Assembly: GCA_951406725.2 (NCBI GenBank)
Contig: OX597814.1
Location: 223,324,001 to 223,388,000, forward strand
From: Octopus vulgaris
Taxonomy: Eukaryota
Direction of reading: 5' to 3'
Length of the DNA stretch: 64,000 bases
The notes under the pieces are model-generated. The model was not told where the DNA came from and did no database searches. It saw only the letters and a list, made by a program, of their open reading frames with translations. Positions 14,926 through 28,189 of the stretch are shown here, in pieces. The stretch's first letter is position 1. Every line of letters starts with the position of its first letter. Made by a program: the position numbers and the translations under genes.

Positions 14926-15124
14926 CGGTTTCAGATTTTGGCACAAGACCAGCAATTTTAGGAGTGGAAGAGGGAACTAATCGATTAACCCAGTGTTCAA
15001 CTGGTACTTACTCAAACGACCATGAAGGGATCAAAGGTAAAGTCGAACTCGGCGGAATTTGAAATCAGAACGTAAAGACAGGGCATTTTGCCCCGAGTGC
15101 TAACGATTCTGCCATCTCGCCGCC
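14926..15124 (-). mobile_element. tRNA-derived SINE family C
   Basis: Reverse complement of the GGCGGCGAG.TGGCAGAATCGTTAGCAC family. Probable TSD ATTCTA(A/C)AGAA. Confidence 0.8.
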
Positions 15125-17435
15125 TTATTCTACAGAAGTTCAGGCAAACAGTTTCAATGAAAACAAAACCCTGAGTATGTTATGCTTGTATATATACTCA
15201 TGCCGATGTAAAAATGTATATATATTTTTGTATGTTGTTCCTTCTTTTATGTAGACCCTAATCAAAAAACAACTAGAATTCCTATAGCTATGTATACTAA
15301 GTTGCCGATATGCCACCACTCAGGTCTGAATAAATATACTAACACTTTTGTCCTTAAAAGATTATTTTTTTTCTCTGACATTATGTATACTTTTTTTTTG
15401 TATACTTATATGCACCCTAATACTCGTACCTTTTCTTATATTCATAATACACAATACTCTTCTATTACCTAAATATTAATACTACCCTAATACCATTATA
15501 TGTCATCACCTTATGCTAAGGTAGTTCCTTACCTCATAATTTTTATTTATACTAAAGCATAGTTACTGAATATTCTTACATATCGATACATATAAATTAA
15601 ACCCCCAATTTACTATTTTCCATTACCAGCTCATTTATCTCCACTACATTGTTATTTTTCCTTATTCCAACAACTATTTTCTTTTTTGAATCCACTTTTT
15701 TCCTCTTTATAGCCACAGCAGTTATTTTATATCTAAATTGTAATATTAACAACTATTTTTTCTGTTTTTACTTACCTTTCTACCGTATATTTAATACATA
15801 CTAACGAATATTAGTTCTTATGCAAACATATCTTACGCATCTTATTCTCTCTTTAACACGTTTTTACCTCTCTAACACTTGTTTACATTAACAATCCAGT
15901 CGCTATCTTATACACTATCTTCTCTAGATTAACTTCATTCCCATGTATTAAAATTTTTTTATATACACAGCACTCTAAGTATTGTCTCTAACTGTCAGCT
16001 CGTATCTTAATTCAAATATTGCCATGCCTTACTTTGGACGACATTATAAGTGAATTGGACCTTGTTCCTTTATCTGAGCAAACCTAATTTAACTCCCTAT
16101 TTAGTGTAGGCAATATTAGCAGCAGGACCAAAATCTAGCCATCCCAGATCTCTCTGCAGTGACAGTCAATAAATTTGGAAGAGTTAATAAAGGCAGCGAT
16201 TTCAATTTTCATAATACGAAGATATATTTCCTTTTTCACTGATTAAAATATACGATCTTTTTATGGTAAACTGAATACGTTGAGGTTTTAGTAAATGTAA
16301 TACAGATTAAATAAACATGTATGTTGCTCTTAGCAAACAGATAGTTAACGTATTTATGGCAATAAATCTGTTACTATTTTACAGTGGCAGTTATTTTTAT
16401 TCGTAAATATTGATATCGCCACTGTTGTATTGACTATGATATACAATGTATATTTTCTCTCCAAAGCACCAAAAAACTGGAAAGTAGTCATGTCTGCATC
16501 AGTTGGGAATAACATAGTGAATCAAGTGATATAAATTTCAGTCAAGAATAGCAAACATTGAGACTATGAGTAAATTATTATAAACAGGAAAATGTTGGTG
16601 ATAGGCTGCTGGAAAATGATATTACGGCATTGATAGAAATAGTACTGTGAGTGCTTAAATTATTTACCTTCGGGACTAAAGAGTCGGTAAAACACAGCTA
16701 AAGATCCATTTACTGGTATCGGATAAACTGTTTGTTCCTTAAATATATTAAGGATTTCGATCAATAAGCGGCGGCCAGGGTAGGTTACTATCCCTAAGAA
16801 TCTTAGTCGATAATATTGATCATTGTACTTAATCCTGCATAGTATTTCATTAATACGTATTTGATTAACAGCGATGAAATTTTTCACATAAAGAGGCGTA
16901 ACTGGAAACAGCTGCAAACATCGTATAATTACGACGATCGTCAAAGAAACAAGCACTAAATCAAACACACACACACACACACATATATGTACATACATAT
17001 ACATACATACATATACATTTATACGAACATATATGTGTATGAGCGAGTATGTGCGCGTATGAGAGTGTGTGTGTGCGCACGCGAGTGCTTGTGCATGAAT
17101 GTGTATGTGTGCGTGAGCGTGTGTGTGTGTATGTGTAATGCAGGGTTTTAATTTCATTTGAGGATAAATTAAGTAATCTCATTTCATCAACGATCCAAAT
17201 GTACGAGTTCGTGGGATATAAATTTAGCAAGTTTGGAGGCCACAATGTTTGACGTTACATGGTCGTAAAGATCATTTTACATCCACTCGTGAGCTACGAG
17301 GGCTTTTGTGAGAGGGTGCCGAGTTGTGATGACGCTTGGCCTTCCATAGTGTACTTCATCTACATCCATCCAGAGCGTAACCACTCCGAGCAGCACCTCA
17401 ACGTATCCAGCAGTATCAATTCTGCGTTAAATGTG

Positions 17436-17517
<82 letters not shown>

Positions 17518-17681
17518 TCGGGGTGAGTACTTGATAATTATAAGCACCTGTGTATACCGTTTGGTGGTGTAGGTGGTGGAGTAAATTGATCAAAATAAAA
17601 TAATCAAAATAAATTGATCAAATAGGCCCGAAACATATGTACCGCTGAATCCTTGGCATCATGTTTTTATTTTGATCAATT

Positions 17682-17712
<31 letters not shown>

Positions 17713-17743
17713 TTATTCTGAACTAATATTGCTGAAGTTTCAA

Positions 17744-17955
17744 GGCGGCAAGTTGATAGAAATGTTAGCACGCCTTGCGGAATGATTAGCGGTATTTCTT
17801 TTGTCTTTACGTTCTCAGTTCAAATTCCACTGAGATGGACCTTACCTTTCATCCTTCCAGTGTCGATAAATTAAGTACCAGTTACGTACTGGGGTCGACT
17901 TAATTGACTGGCTCCCGACCCCAAAATTTCGGGCCTTGTGGCTAGAGTAGAAACG
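17744..17955 (+). mobile_element. tRNA-derived SINE family C (short tail)
   Basis: GGCGGCAAG...GTTCAAATTCC...GGGGTCGAC...GGCCTTGTG. Imperfect 15-bp TSD AATATTGCT(GA/TC)AGTT. Confidence 0.85.
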
Positions 17956-18083
17956 AATATTGCTTCAGTTGCTAATACCGAATTTCCATCTACTCTATAG
18001 CTCATCTACAGCAGGAAATTTTACCGGTGAATGTTTCAAATTATAAGGCACAAAGAGAGAATGACTCTCCCCAGAAACAGTAG

Positions 18084-18119
<36 letters not shown>

Positions 18120-18159
18120 CGTGTCTGTGTGTGTGTGTGTGTATGTATATATCTATGTA

Positions 18160-18233
<74 letters not shown>

Positions 18234-18374
18234 TGTGTGTGTGTGTGTGTGTGTGCGAGGCATATATATGTGCATACACGCATACATATATATATAATAC
18301 TACGATGTACAGATGAAGGAATTTATAGTCCGTACGAATTTGCATTTGATGATACATTCTGAGTGTATACACAC

Positions 18375-18428
<54 letters not shown>

Positions 18429-19262
18429 GTTTATGTACATTTATATTTGCCTCTATATTCTAAGTTCAACTAGCCCGAAGGAAGGCGTCAAAATAAGTAA
18501 CAATCGATATGTATCTGTATGGAATTCGATACAGTTTAGTATGCCTTATACTTTAGATGCCTACATCCTACCGTGTCCACAAAACAATCATTAAAACATG
18601 TAAGAGATTACAAAGGAATGTGTAATTATCGCCGGAGTGATGAAGACAAAGTGGACGGGAAGATTTACGAGCTCAAAACATGGAAATGCGAAATCATTGT
18701 TGCTATACACGATAATCTACTGCTTCTACAATCTCTCTAATCAAAATTTGCCAACTTGATGATCGTTGAAACTGTTTGCAATAAGGATTTTTCATATTTT
18801 CTTAACATCTGTTTCTTTTATAAACACAACGATTAAATAATTTACGTTTTCTATCAATGCAGCATAATTGATTTCGTTTTTCTTTTGGTGCAATCAATAG
18901 CAATTATACGCTTGCATCTAATAATTACTATATTTAAAGCGGTTGCCATTCAGAGAGGAGAATATATGTATGCGAACATGTGTGTTTAGGCATGTTCTCT
19001 CCAGCACATATATGTTCGTGAGCAACAAGGAGAGTCAATAAAAGTAAGCGTGAGCGATGGCAAGTAGCAAAATTATATGAATAAATAAATATGTTTGTGT
19101 TTGCATATGTATATGTGTGTGTTTGTGAATGCATCGTACACATAATTACATAATATGCACATTAGTATATATATGCGGCATGTATATTTTTGTAAATATA
19201 TTTCTATATTATTTCCGATTTACGCTTACACACGTACATAGAAATAAAACTAAATTTACGCC

Positions 19263-19301
<39 letters not shown>

Positions 19302-19674
19302 CTCTCCGCACATACATGTACATAAATGATATATGTGTGTGTACACGCATATTTAGATAATTATAAGTGTGTGTACCAATACACATATGTACACCCACAG
19401 ACTCACGCACAAACACACACATATATATATATGTTTATGCACATTTATATCTATATACAGAAACATGCATGCACATATACTTACGTACATATAACACGAA
19501 CGTGTATTTGAGTGTGAATAGTTATATATAAAATCACTCGCACACATACATCTGTATATAAATACTAGCGCCAGAGATTTGCTTTATGAACATTATAGAT
19601 TAACGTGAGATAGCGACAGAGCAAGATAGAAAGAAGAGAGACGGAGAAAGAAACAGCAACTGAGATGGAGAGAC

Positions 19675-19712
<38 letters not shown>

Positions 19713-20270
19713 TTTTGACAATATTTACTCAAGTTGGTATGTAATTACCTCAGTGGCTGAAGTCCGTATTTAAGTACACATCATGAAGAAATAAACTAAG
19801 AAATGGAACCAAAATAAATAGCTACAAATCGGTGGAAATTGACGATGAAGTGTCCTTATATATTATTTAGTATAAAGTTGTTTAGAATCCAGTAGTGAAT
19901 GAGAAACCTTGAATGAGAGAAAGAGAGAGAGTGAGTTGGTGATTAAGTGTATGCGCTTGTGTGTGTAATCGCTGATAAAAACAATAGTGCACATTGTATG
20001 CATGTGTGTGCGCGCGTATGCACGTGTGTGTTTGTTTCTCTTTCAAAACGTATGTTTGCTGGGCCAATCCTCAAATGTGTTTCTATGCGTGCATATGAGA
20101 AAATATTTATCTGAAAGGAAAGTAATGCAAAATGTAATCCTAAATGTAAAATTGTTATTCCTTTCTTTGTACTAAGGAGCAAATATTATATCAAATCTTA
20201 GATAAACAATTTTAATCGAAAAGCTTCAATCCGAAACATTATGTAAAGAAATGTTCATGGATTAGACACA

Positions 20271-20304
<34 letters not shown>

Positions 20305-20508
20305 CATACCGTTAGTTTGCCTTTGGCTCTTCGGGATGTATGTATATATATATATATATATATATGAATGAATGTTTGTGCAGATGTACATTATTTTCAT
20401 ATATATGTGTGTGTGTGTGTGTGTGTATGTATGTCCCCTCTGTGTGTGTGCATGTATATGTATACATATATATATATATATGTGTATGTATATATATACA
20501 TATATATA

Positions 20509-20554
<46 letters not shown>

Positions 20555-21253
20555 CATACATGCATATATATATATATTAGAGGATTTCGAGGTAATGTAA
20601 AGGTATTATATATTAGAAAATATAAGGTACTCAGAAATCTGGATGGTTGTATATTTACAGATTTTTATTAATATGCCGCATGTTTTTCTTATAAATCATA
20701 TAATAGCGCTTGCATCTACTCTAGTAGATTCTTCAGATTTGAACATTTTGAAGAGATCTTTATAGTATCATTGAGTATGTAGGGTTAGAGAGAGATGTAG
20801 GATAGTAAAAGAGTGTGAGGAATGGGGAGAAAGTGATAGTGAGTGTGTGTGTGTGTAAGTGTATATATATATAGAGAGAGAGAGAAATAAAATAATCAGA
20901 AATAATCAGAATAAAAACAAATATGTTCAAGCATATATTTTTATAGATATAGTCTGACAAATAAATTTATTTGGAATATAAAATATATAGAAAACTAAGT
21001 GGGGAATGCATAATTTGTAACTTAACAGCTATTCCAGTTAGCTCGGAATTTCGTAATAGTTGTAATGTTCATGGTTAGGTTATGGAGTGATCAAAATTTC
21101 AGAGAATCCTCCTTTCCCGATGACGGCTGATGGAGGCTGTCGGTATAACGCTAATGTTCCTATGCATATATCTATGGGTTGCATATTCATGATATCATGC
21201 TCACTTATCTGTGTGACTATTTCCCCATTCTGTCTCCCCCCCTCTCTCTCTCC

Positions 21254-21286
<33 letters not shown>

Positions 21287-21789
21287 ACAAATATGTACAC
21301 CTATTAACACACAGAAAAGTGGAAGGTCATATTAGTTTCATCTTTCAATTGTAGCACATTACCAGTCGTATATTCCTTGAAGCTGGCGCTATTATACGGT
21401 GCAAATTATTAGCCTGCAGTAGAAAATCTTCTTCAGTATCTGGCTACGACCCTTTAAATAACGTATTCGCAGCCTGTCGAAATACATTTTGTATTCTGCA
21501 CTATAGGCTCAATAATCTGAATTTCCATTGGAACATTGAACAAATTTATTCCAAGGAATGAATTTGTTCAGTGTAATAGACTGCTTCGTCCCCAATACAC
21601 TTGTGTTGTGCCTATGTTACAAATCATTATTAGTAACGCTACTTATTTTACAGATCTAGTAGTGATGAATAACATTATCAAACTAGTCGGAAATAGAATA
21701 CAGAACATAAAAGATTCTTTATGAACACTGCAATACTTCCGCCATCCTTTGCATTTAACTGCTCGGTGCTTCAGTTGTTGTCCTGAAAT

Positions 21790-22760
21790 ATATACACAGA
21801 CATGACAGATGTAAACAGACACCCCATGAAATATTGCTTCATGTTTATCCTAACTTGTAAATATGTATACCTTTTTTTAAATTGACAGTTTTAGATTCCA
21901 GGTTCTATATGTGACTGCTTAATCATGCCATGTACAGAAGAAGCCTTGGAACTGTCTGAATTTGAAAGAGACCGTGTTGGGGCTCATTCTGAAGGGGGAC
22001 ATAGCATAAAATTATAGAAAACCTTGGGATTCCGCTTTCTACAGTTAATAGAGTGATTATGCAATTTACCATAAAGGGAAAGGAGTCCACATCACCTCAC
22101 GCAGATCAAACACGGCCCTCTGACAGGACATTTCTCTTTACTAAGAGAAGTGTGGAGGATAATCGTCGTTGAAAGGCACCTGACATAGCAGAACAAGATG
22201 ATGTCAGTCCCAGAACGGCTGGTTACTATAGCAAAGCAACAAGAAAGAAGCCACTTCTTCGACCAGCCAACATCAAGCAGAGAAGAGATTGGGCCAGTGA
22301 CATGGGACATTGTTATATCTCTGATGAGTCCAGATTTGCTGTATTTCCTGACAGTGGTCGGGCTTGGGTCTCTGTGATCAAAAATTTTAATATGATAAGA
22401 TTGCAGCCAACAATGAAATATGGCAGCTATTCTGTGGCGGTCTGGGTAGCAATGTGGAGCAATGGTTGATCAGAGATGGTGGAATGTGCGAGAAACATAA
22501 ACTCAGATACATATGTATCTATATCGCAGAAAGAACTCTTTCCAATCTTCTCCAGTGGTGAAATGATTAAAGAAGACTATTTATTTATGGGAGATGGCTT
22601 ATCCCGTGGCTAAAATGACAAAACATTCGGCCCCACTTACACCAGCATTATACACTGCAATACAAGTAGATTCTGAGATATCTTATACTTTAACATAATA
22701 TGCTACACAGCTGATCGATACCACGAGAAACATCTAATCGGTGGCGTTTCAATGGGTCTG
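21790..22760 (+). mobile_element. Tc1-family transposon remnant
   Basis: Broken reading frames give [19 protein letters not shown] (HTH), SDESRF, PTMKYGS..V.VW and FMGDG, all Tc1 DD34E-type motifs. Ends are uncertain. Confidence 0.8.
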
Positions 22761-23569
22761 CCTATCATTTAACTATATCCAACTATCCAATGTTTTTCCA
22801 TCATGCATCCAAAAGAGAAGGCAAAACAACGGATTATATTTTTTCTCTTTACAATATATCAGAAGAGCTTAAGCCCAAGTTTTCTAGTATCTGTTTGTGA
22901 AATTTCTCATGTATTATTGTATCTATGTAAGTGGAAAGGTGTAATGCTCTTTTCCTGGTGTATATTTCCCTGTGTACGAAAACGCATACAAAGATGTCTG
23001 CGTACGAGCATCTATATTGCTAAATTAAATATGTATGATGTATGAATATGTTCTTGAATATATATGCCACATGACTTGAATATATAAAAAGGGATTTATG
23101 ACGATACATACATAGGTATATGTGCGTATGTTTCTATGTTTGTTTTTGTGCGTGTGCGAGTTTAATTAAGATGTACTCTACGATAAAGTTCCCGGTTTTG
23201 CGCCCACATTTCGAAGACTACTCTGCTAATAACAAACGAAATTTAGAAAACTATCACCAATAAAAGAAATATTTGTCAAGGTAACCAACAACTCTTTCCA
23301 CTAGTTTCAGTCATATCCATCACACACATACACACACACATACACACTCACACGCACACACGCGTACATACACACCCGCAAACACACAAATATGTATGTA
23401 TACATATGCATACATATAAATACTTTTATATCAGTGGGGTATATATCTGCATATAATATATGAGTGTATGTATGTACATATATATGTATTCGCAAACATA
23501 CACACATTTATGTATGTATATAAATCTGTGTATATGCATGTATTTATGTATGTATGGATGGATAGATTA

Positions 23570-23570
<1 letters not shown>

Positions 23571-23657
<87 letters not shown>

Positions 23658-23672
23658 ATTAGATAGATAGAT
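23571..23672. repeat. (GATA)n microsatellite
   Basis: Direct reading. Confidence 0.95.
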
Positions 23673-23964
23673 TTCATTGATTTACCTCATGAAATTCCAT
23701 TTACGCTTGCTAAGCTGTGCTTGTGAAGTATGAAACTAACACTAATACGTAGGCATGTCTCGTTTCCGACCGACAGCCAGGGGCTGTTAATACAAAATAT
23801 CTGGTGATAAACATCTTCGTACTTTCAGTTCTTGATTTCGATTGAGGTCAAAAACTTGCCTATTATTCAGACAAGGAAAATGATATTTGTGAAAACCACA
23901 ATACACAATCTAGGAATGATATTTTTCTTACATACTTGCGTGCAAAAACATACCTGAAAATATC

Positions 23965-24170
23965 CTTTCTACTATTGAGACAAGGCTAGCAATTTTGGGG
24001 GAGAGGGCTAGCCGATCACATCGACCCCAGTTCTCAACTGGTACTAAATTTATTGACACCGAAAGGATGAAAGGCAAAGGAAACCTCGGCAGGATTTGAA
24101 CTCAGAAGTAAATGACAGACGAAATGCCGCGTAGCATCTACCCTGGGGTGTTAGCGATTCTACCAGCTTG
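23965..24170 (-). mobile_element. SINE family C (degenerate)
   Basis: ATCGACCCCAG...ACTGGTACT...GAAAGGATGAAAGGCAAAG...ATTTGAACTCAGAA. Confidence 0.75.
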
Positions 24171-24727
24171 CATAAGTATTTATATAGGCAAACATACACA
24201 TATTACAGGTGGAGAGAGAGAAAGAGAAAAAAAAGAGAGAGAATGGGAGAAAAAGAGAAGAGAGAGAGTGGGGCGACTCTAGCGTTCGTTAACTACTCAT
24301 TTTCCGCTGTGTAGGCTGGGATAAAGTGAAATGGTGAGTTTTGCTCAAAGACACACGTATATATATATATACACGTATATATAAATATATATACGTATGC
24401 ATATGAATATAAACATACGTATATGTGTGCTGTGTGTGAAGGATATGACAGAATTCAGTGGAAAGAGTGGTTGTTTACCTTACCAAATGTCGCCCCATTA
24501 GGATATGGAAACTATGACTTTATAATCGTTAATCCAGCATTTATTTATGCATATTTAAATTATGTATGTTTATATGTACTCATGTATATATGATTGTGTT
24601 TGTAAGTATGCGTATGTGTAAGAAATAGATCGAAAGAGAGAGAGAGAGAGAGAGAGAGAAAGGTAATTTGATAGCAGACATATTTGTGTCTGTCTGGTGT
24701 GAATACAGTGTGAACATATACACATAT

Positions 24728-24787
<60 letters not shown>

Positions 24788-25002
24788 GTTTTATTCGGGT
24801 TAGTTGATCAGATGCGCCTGAACCACAGCACGTGGCTGGTACTTTAATTCAGCAAATCCGAATTGAAGGAAGTGTAACTGACCTCTCGGGTATTTGAACT
24901 TTGCACGCATAGGGACAGAAGTAATAAAATATTTTGCTCAATGTGCAACCCGGTCTGATCGTTCGCCGTTTTAATTTAGATAATAACCGCAACAATAACT
25001 AC

Positions 25003-25080
<78 letters not shown>

Positions 25081-25096
25081 GATAATAAATAATAAT

Positions 25097-26849
25097 AAAT
25101 GATCAACAACTCAAGGGCTTACTAGCGATAGTCAAACAATTCAGTGACGACATCAGAATGCAATTCGGCCTCGATAAATGTGCAAAGGCTACCTTTATCA
25201 AAGGAAAAATGACAGAAACATCTAACGTTAACCTTGACCAACAGAATGTCATAAAAGAACTAGACCCAGCGGAGAGCTACAAGTACCTAGGGATAATTGA
25301 AGGGAACGGAATAAGGCATTCAGAGATGAAGGAAAGGATCAGGAGAGAATGCTATCGAAGAGTGAGAGCAATACTCAAGACAGAGCTGAATGCAAGAAAC
25401 AGGATCGAAGCAATCAATGCATTAGCTATACCAGTCGTGACTTACAGTTTCAATATTGTTAACTGGTCAATTACTGAAATATGTCAGCTCGACAGAAAAA
25501 TAAGGAAACTGTTGACAATGCATAGAATGCACCACCCTAAGGCAGATACAGAACGACTCTATCTGCCAAGAAAAGAGGGAGGCCGTGGTCTTTTGCAACT
25601 GGCAATAACAATGAAGATTGCTACAATTGGCCTAGACACCTACCTGAAAAACTCTGAGGACTGGATGCTAAAACTTGTCTCAAAACATGAAAACAAGAAA
25701 GCATCATACTCAGTCACAAAACAGGCAAAGGAATATCTAAGTGAATTCCGAATACAACCAATTTCGGAATTAGAGATAGATATACAAGAAACAAGCACAG
25801 AAAAAGCTAGGCGCATGAAAACCCGTGCCAAAACTGCGGCCTTAGATATTCTGAATAATAAATGGCAAGAAAAACCTCTCTATGGCAAATACCCAAAGAG
25901 AGCGAATAATGCAGATATCGACAAAGCCCTGACCCATCAATGGCTAATGGCCTCTGGCTTAAAATCTGAAACAGAGGGGTTTATCATAGCAGCTCAAGAT
26001 CAATGCCTACCAACAAGAAACTACCAGGCCAACATATTAAAGATCAGAAGCAGTCCAACGTGTCGTGTATGCAAGCAACAAAATGAAACCATTGACCATG
26101 TGGTCTCCAAGTGCAGTCTTCTAGCGCCTACAGAGTATCTCAACAGGCACGATAGAGCTGCACAATATATTCACTGGGTAATCTGTAAAAACCTGGATTT
26201 GCCCCATGAAAAAAACTGGTGGGAACACAAACCACCCCCAGTGCTTGAAAATGACCACATCTCACTCCTCTGGAACTTCACCATTCAAACTGACAGGAAG
26301 ATAGATGCAAATAGGCCAGACATCATATTGAAAAACTTCAAACAAAGAACATGCCTCCTCATTGATATGACTGTCCCAATCGATATAAACGTATCTGTCA
26401 AGACCTACCAAAAACTGAGCAAATATAAAGATCTTGAAATAGAAATCAGCAAAATGTGGAAGCTGAAGACTAAAACAATACCTGTTGTCATAGGTGCCCT
26501 GGGAATGATAGCAAAAGGGGCTGATAGCTACCTAACTCAGATACCAGGAAACCCAAAAATGGCAGAAGTTCAAAAGATAGTGCTCATGGGAACTGCTCAT
26601 ATCCTACGCAAAATACTCTCTATGTAATCTCAAGGTTTAAAACAAACATAATTTTCGGTTTAAAAAAAAAAAAAAAAAAAAACCTTTTTTTTTTCTTTTT
26701 AGACATTCATTAGTACAACATCCCCACCCCCCAAATATATGGCACACTAGGCATAACAACAACATGAACTTCCAACCCTGTTGTCTCTTGAGGTCTCTGG
26801 GTGAGACTTGGAGCCAACTTGTACAAATATAAAGCAAAAGTCAAACATA

Positions 26850-26850
<1 letters not shown>
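25097..26850 (+). mobile_element. 5'-truncated R4/Dong-clade non-LTR retrotransposon in (TAA)n
   Basis: Flanked on both sides by (TAA)n (25003-25097 and 26851-27029). Carries the ORF listed next plus a ~220-bp 3' UTR. Dong elements are known to target TAA repeats. Confidence 0.9.
25158..26627 (+). CDS. R4/Dong ORF C-terminal part: RT thumb, CCHC zinc knuckle, restriction-like (PD-D/ExK) endonuclease
   Basis: 489 aa uninterrupted: FGLDKC, YKYLG, RLYLPRKEGGRGL, CRVC..ETIDHVVSKC, RHD, RPDII, IDMTVP, KYKDL. The RT core is missing, so it is unlikely to be functional. Confidence 0.85.
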   Translation: MQFGLDKCAKATFIKGKMTETSNVNLDQQNVIKELDPAESYKYLGIIEGNGIRHSEMKERIRRECYRRVRAILKTELNARNRIEAINALAIPVVTYSFNIVNWSITEICQLDRKIRKLLTMHRMHHPKADTERLYLPRKEGGRGLLQLAITMKIATIGLDTYLKNSEDWMLKLVSKHENKKASYSVTKQAKEYLSEFRIQPISELEIDIQETSTEKARRMKTRAKTAALDILNNKWQEKPLYGKYPKRANNADIDKALTHQWLMASGLKSETEGFIIAAQDQCLPTRNYQANILKIRSSPTCRVCKQQNETIDHVVSKCSLLAPTEYLNRHDRAAQYIHWVICKNLDLPHEKNWWEHKPPPVLENDHISLLWNFTIQTDRKIDANRPDIILKNFKQRTCLLIDMTVPIDINVSVKTYQKLSKYKDLEIEISKMWKLKTKTIPVVIGALGMIAKGADSYLTQIPGNPKMAEVQKIVLMGTAHILRKILSM

Positions 26851-26929
<79 letters not shown>

Positions 26930-26962
26930 GTAATAATAATAATAATAGTAATAATAATAATA

Positions 26963-27029
<67 letters not shown>
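26851..27029. repeat. (TAA)n microsatellite between two TAA-associated elements
   Basis: Direct reading. Confidence 0.95.
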
Positions 27030-27031
<2 letters not shown>

Positions 27032-27659
27032 GCCCTGATGCAGTACCAGACAGTGGCTCTCATGGCATGCCCTGATGCAGTACCAGACAGTGGCTCTCAT
27101 GAGATGCCCTGATGCAGTACCAGACAGTGGCTCTCATGGCTTCTGATCTTAACTGATTGGAAGTGTTATCATGTACATTGTTTTGTCTTGGTATAAAAGA
27201 TGGGCTACAGCAAATATTCTGCTCAATACCACAGATTTGCTTGTCAGTTGTTTGACCTTAACCAGTTGAGCATGTCCCTTAGTGGCTGACGATATGTGCA
27301 TCTCTGATCACGAGCAGAAGTAGTGGGGGAGCATCATAGCCATGTGTTGAGAGGGATTCTTTGGGGTTTGAATAGTTCACCTCTGGAAACATGGGTGGTT
27401 CTTTCAACATCCTTAAACAACCCTTATTCAGGGACCGTTTGAGCGGGATGGGCTACTCAACCTGAAGAAAATTCTAACTGGGCCCCACCTGCAAGGTCAT
27501 GTGCTGTTTATCTTGATATGAGATCACCATGTCGCGCACATATGGTTGTGATGCATGTGCCTGGTGTACCTTTATCAGACGGGTAGTCATGATGGGTATA
27601 TTGGGCTTCGTATATTTTACCCCAGTGTCACTTTGATGGCATGAACTGCTCTCTCACTC
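27030..27659 (+). mobile_element. Non-coding TAA-flanked repeat element (copy 1) with triplicated 37-bp 5' end
   Basis: Homologous copies at 28867-29423 (+) and 49747-50238 (-). (TAA)n on both sides. Confidence 0.8.
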
Positions 27660-27703
<44 letters not shown>

Positions 27704-27704
<1 letters not shown>

Positions 27705-28058
27705 TTCATTTATTTGCAACGAGTGCGAAGAATGTAGGGGACAATACAGAGACAGACATAAACATGTGGGGGTTAACATATAATACTGAAATGGTAAAAA
27801 AATGTATACTCAGTATACACGGGAAAAGAAGGGACACATGCAGAGCAAACGAAAGTAAAAATAAAAAAATGTGGGGAGGATGATAGAGATATGGCCCTCT
27901 TGATACAGGAATGCCTCTAGGGATAATCGAGGAACCCTACTGTCCCTGAAACCTTATGAGCAAGTGCCTTCTTCAATTCTTTGTCTCCGACTCACAGGTC
28001 TACACTTACACAGGTACCGTCCACTCTTGCCATTTTCACAACTTTCACCCACTTTTCA
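27704..28058 (-). mobile_element. 3' end of a LINE (possibly L1/Tx1-like)
   Basis: Minus strand reads IEKWVKVVKMARVDGTCVSVDL*, then a UTR ending TGTCTGTC...TGTCCCC...AATAAATGAAA + (TTA)n. The clade assignment is weak. Confidence 0.4.
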
Positions 28059-28062
28059 ATAA

Positions 28063-28168
28063 GGCAACGAGTTGGTAGAAACGTTAGCACGCCGGGCGAA
28101 ATGCTTAGCGGTATTTCGTCTGTCTTTATGATCTGAGTTCAAATTCCACCGAGGTCGATTTTGCCTTA
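28063..28168 (+). mobile_element. SINE family C, 5' half
   Basis: GTTAGCACGCCGGGCGAAATGCTTAGCGGTATTTCGTCTG...GAGTTCAAATTCC. Confidence 0.8.
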
Positions 28169-28189
28169 CATAACTCATATTGCCTTTGG

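Noticed and set aside
22321-22340. CTGATGA hammerhead core
   Set aside because: It is the SDE codons of the Tc1 transposase, with no stem II or GAAA. The same applies to CTGACGA at ~5832 and ~6168 in the mariner.
27030-27140. CRISPR-like triple 37-bp repeat
   Set aside because: The units are directly abutting with no spacers. The context is eukaryotic and no cas genes are present.
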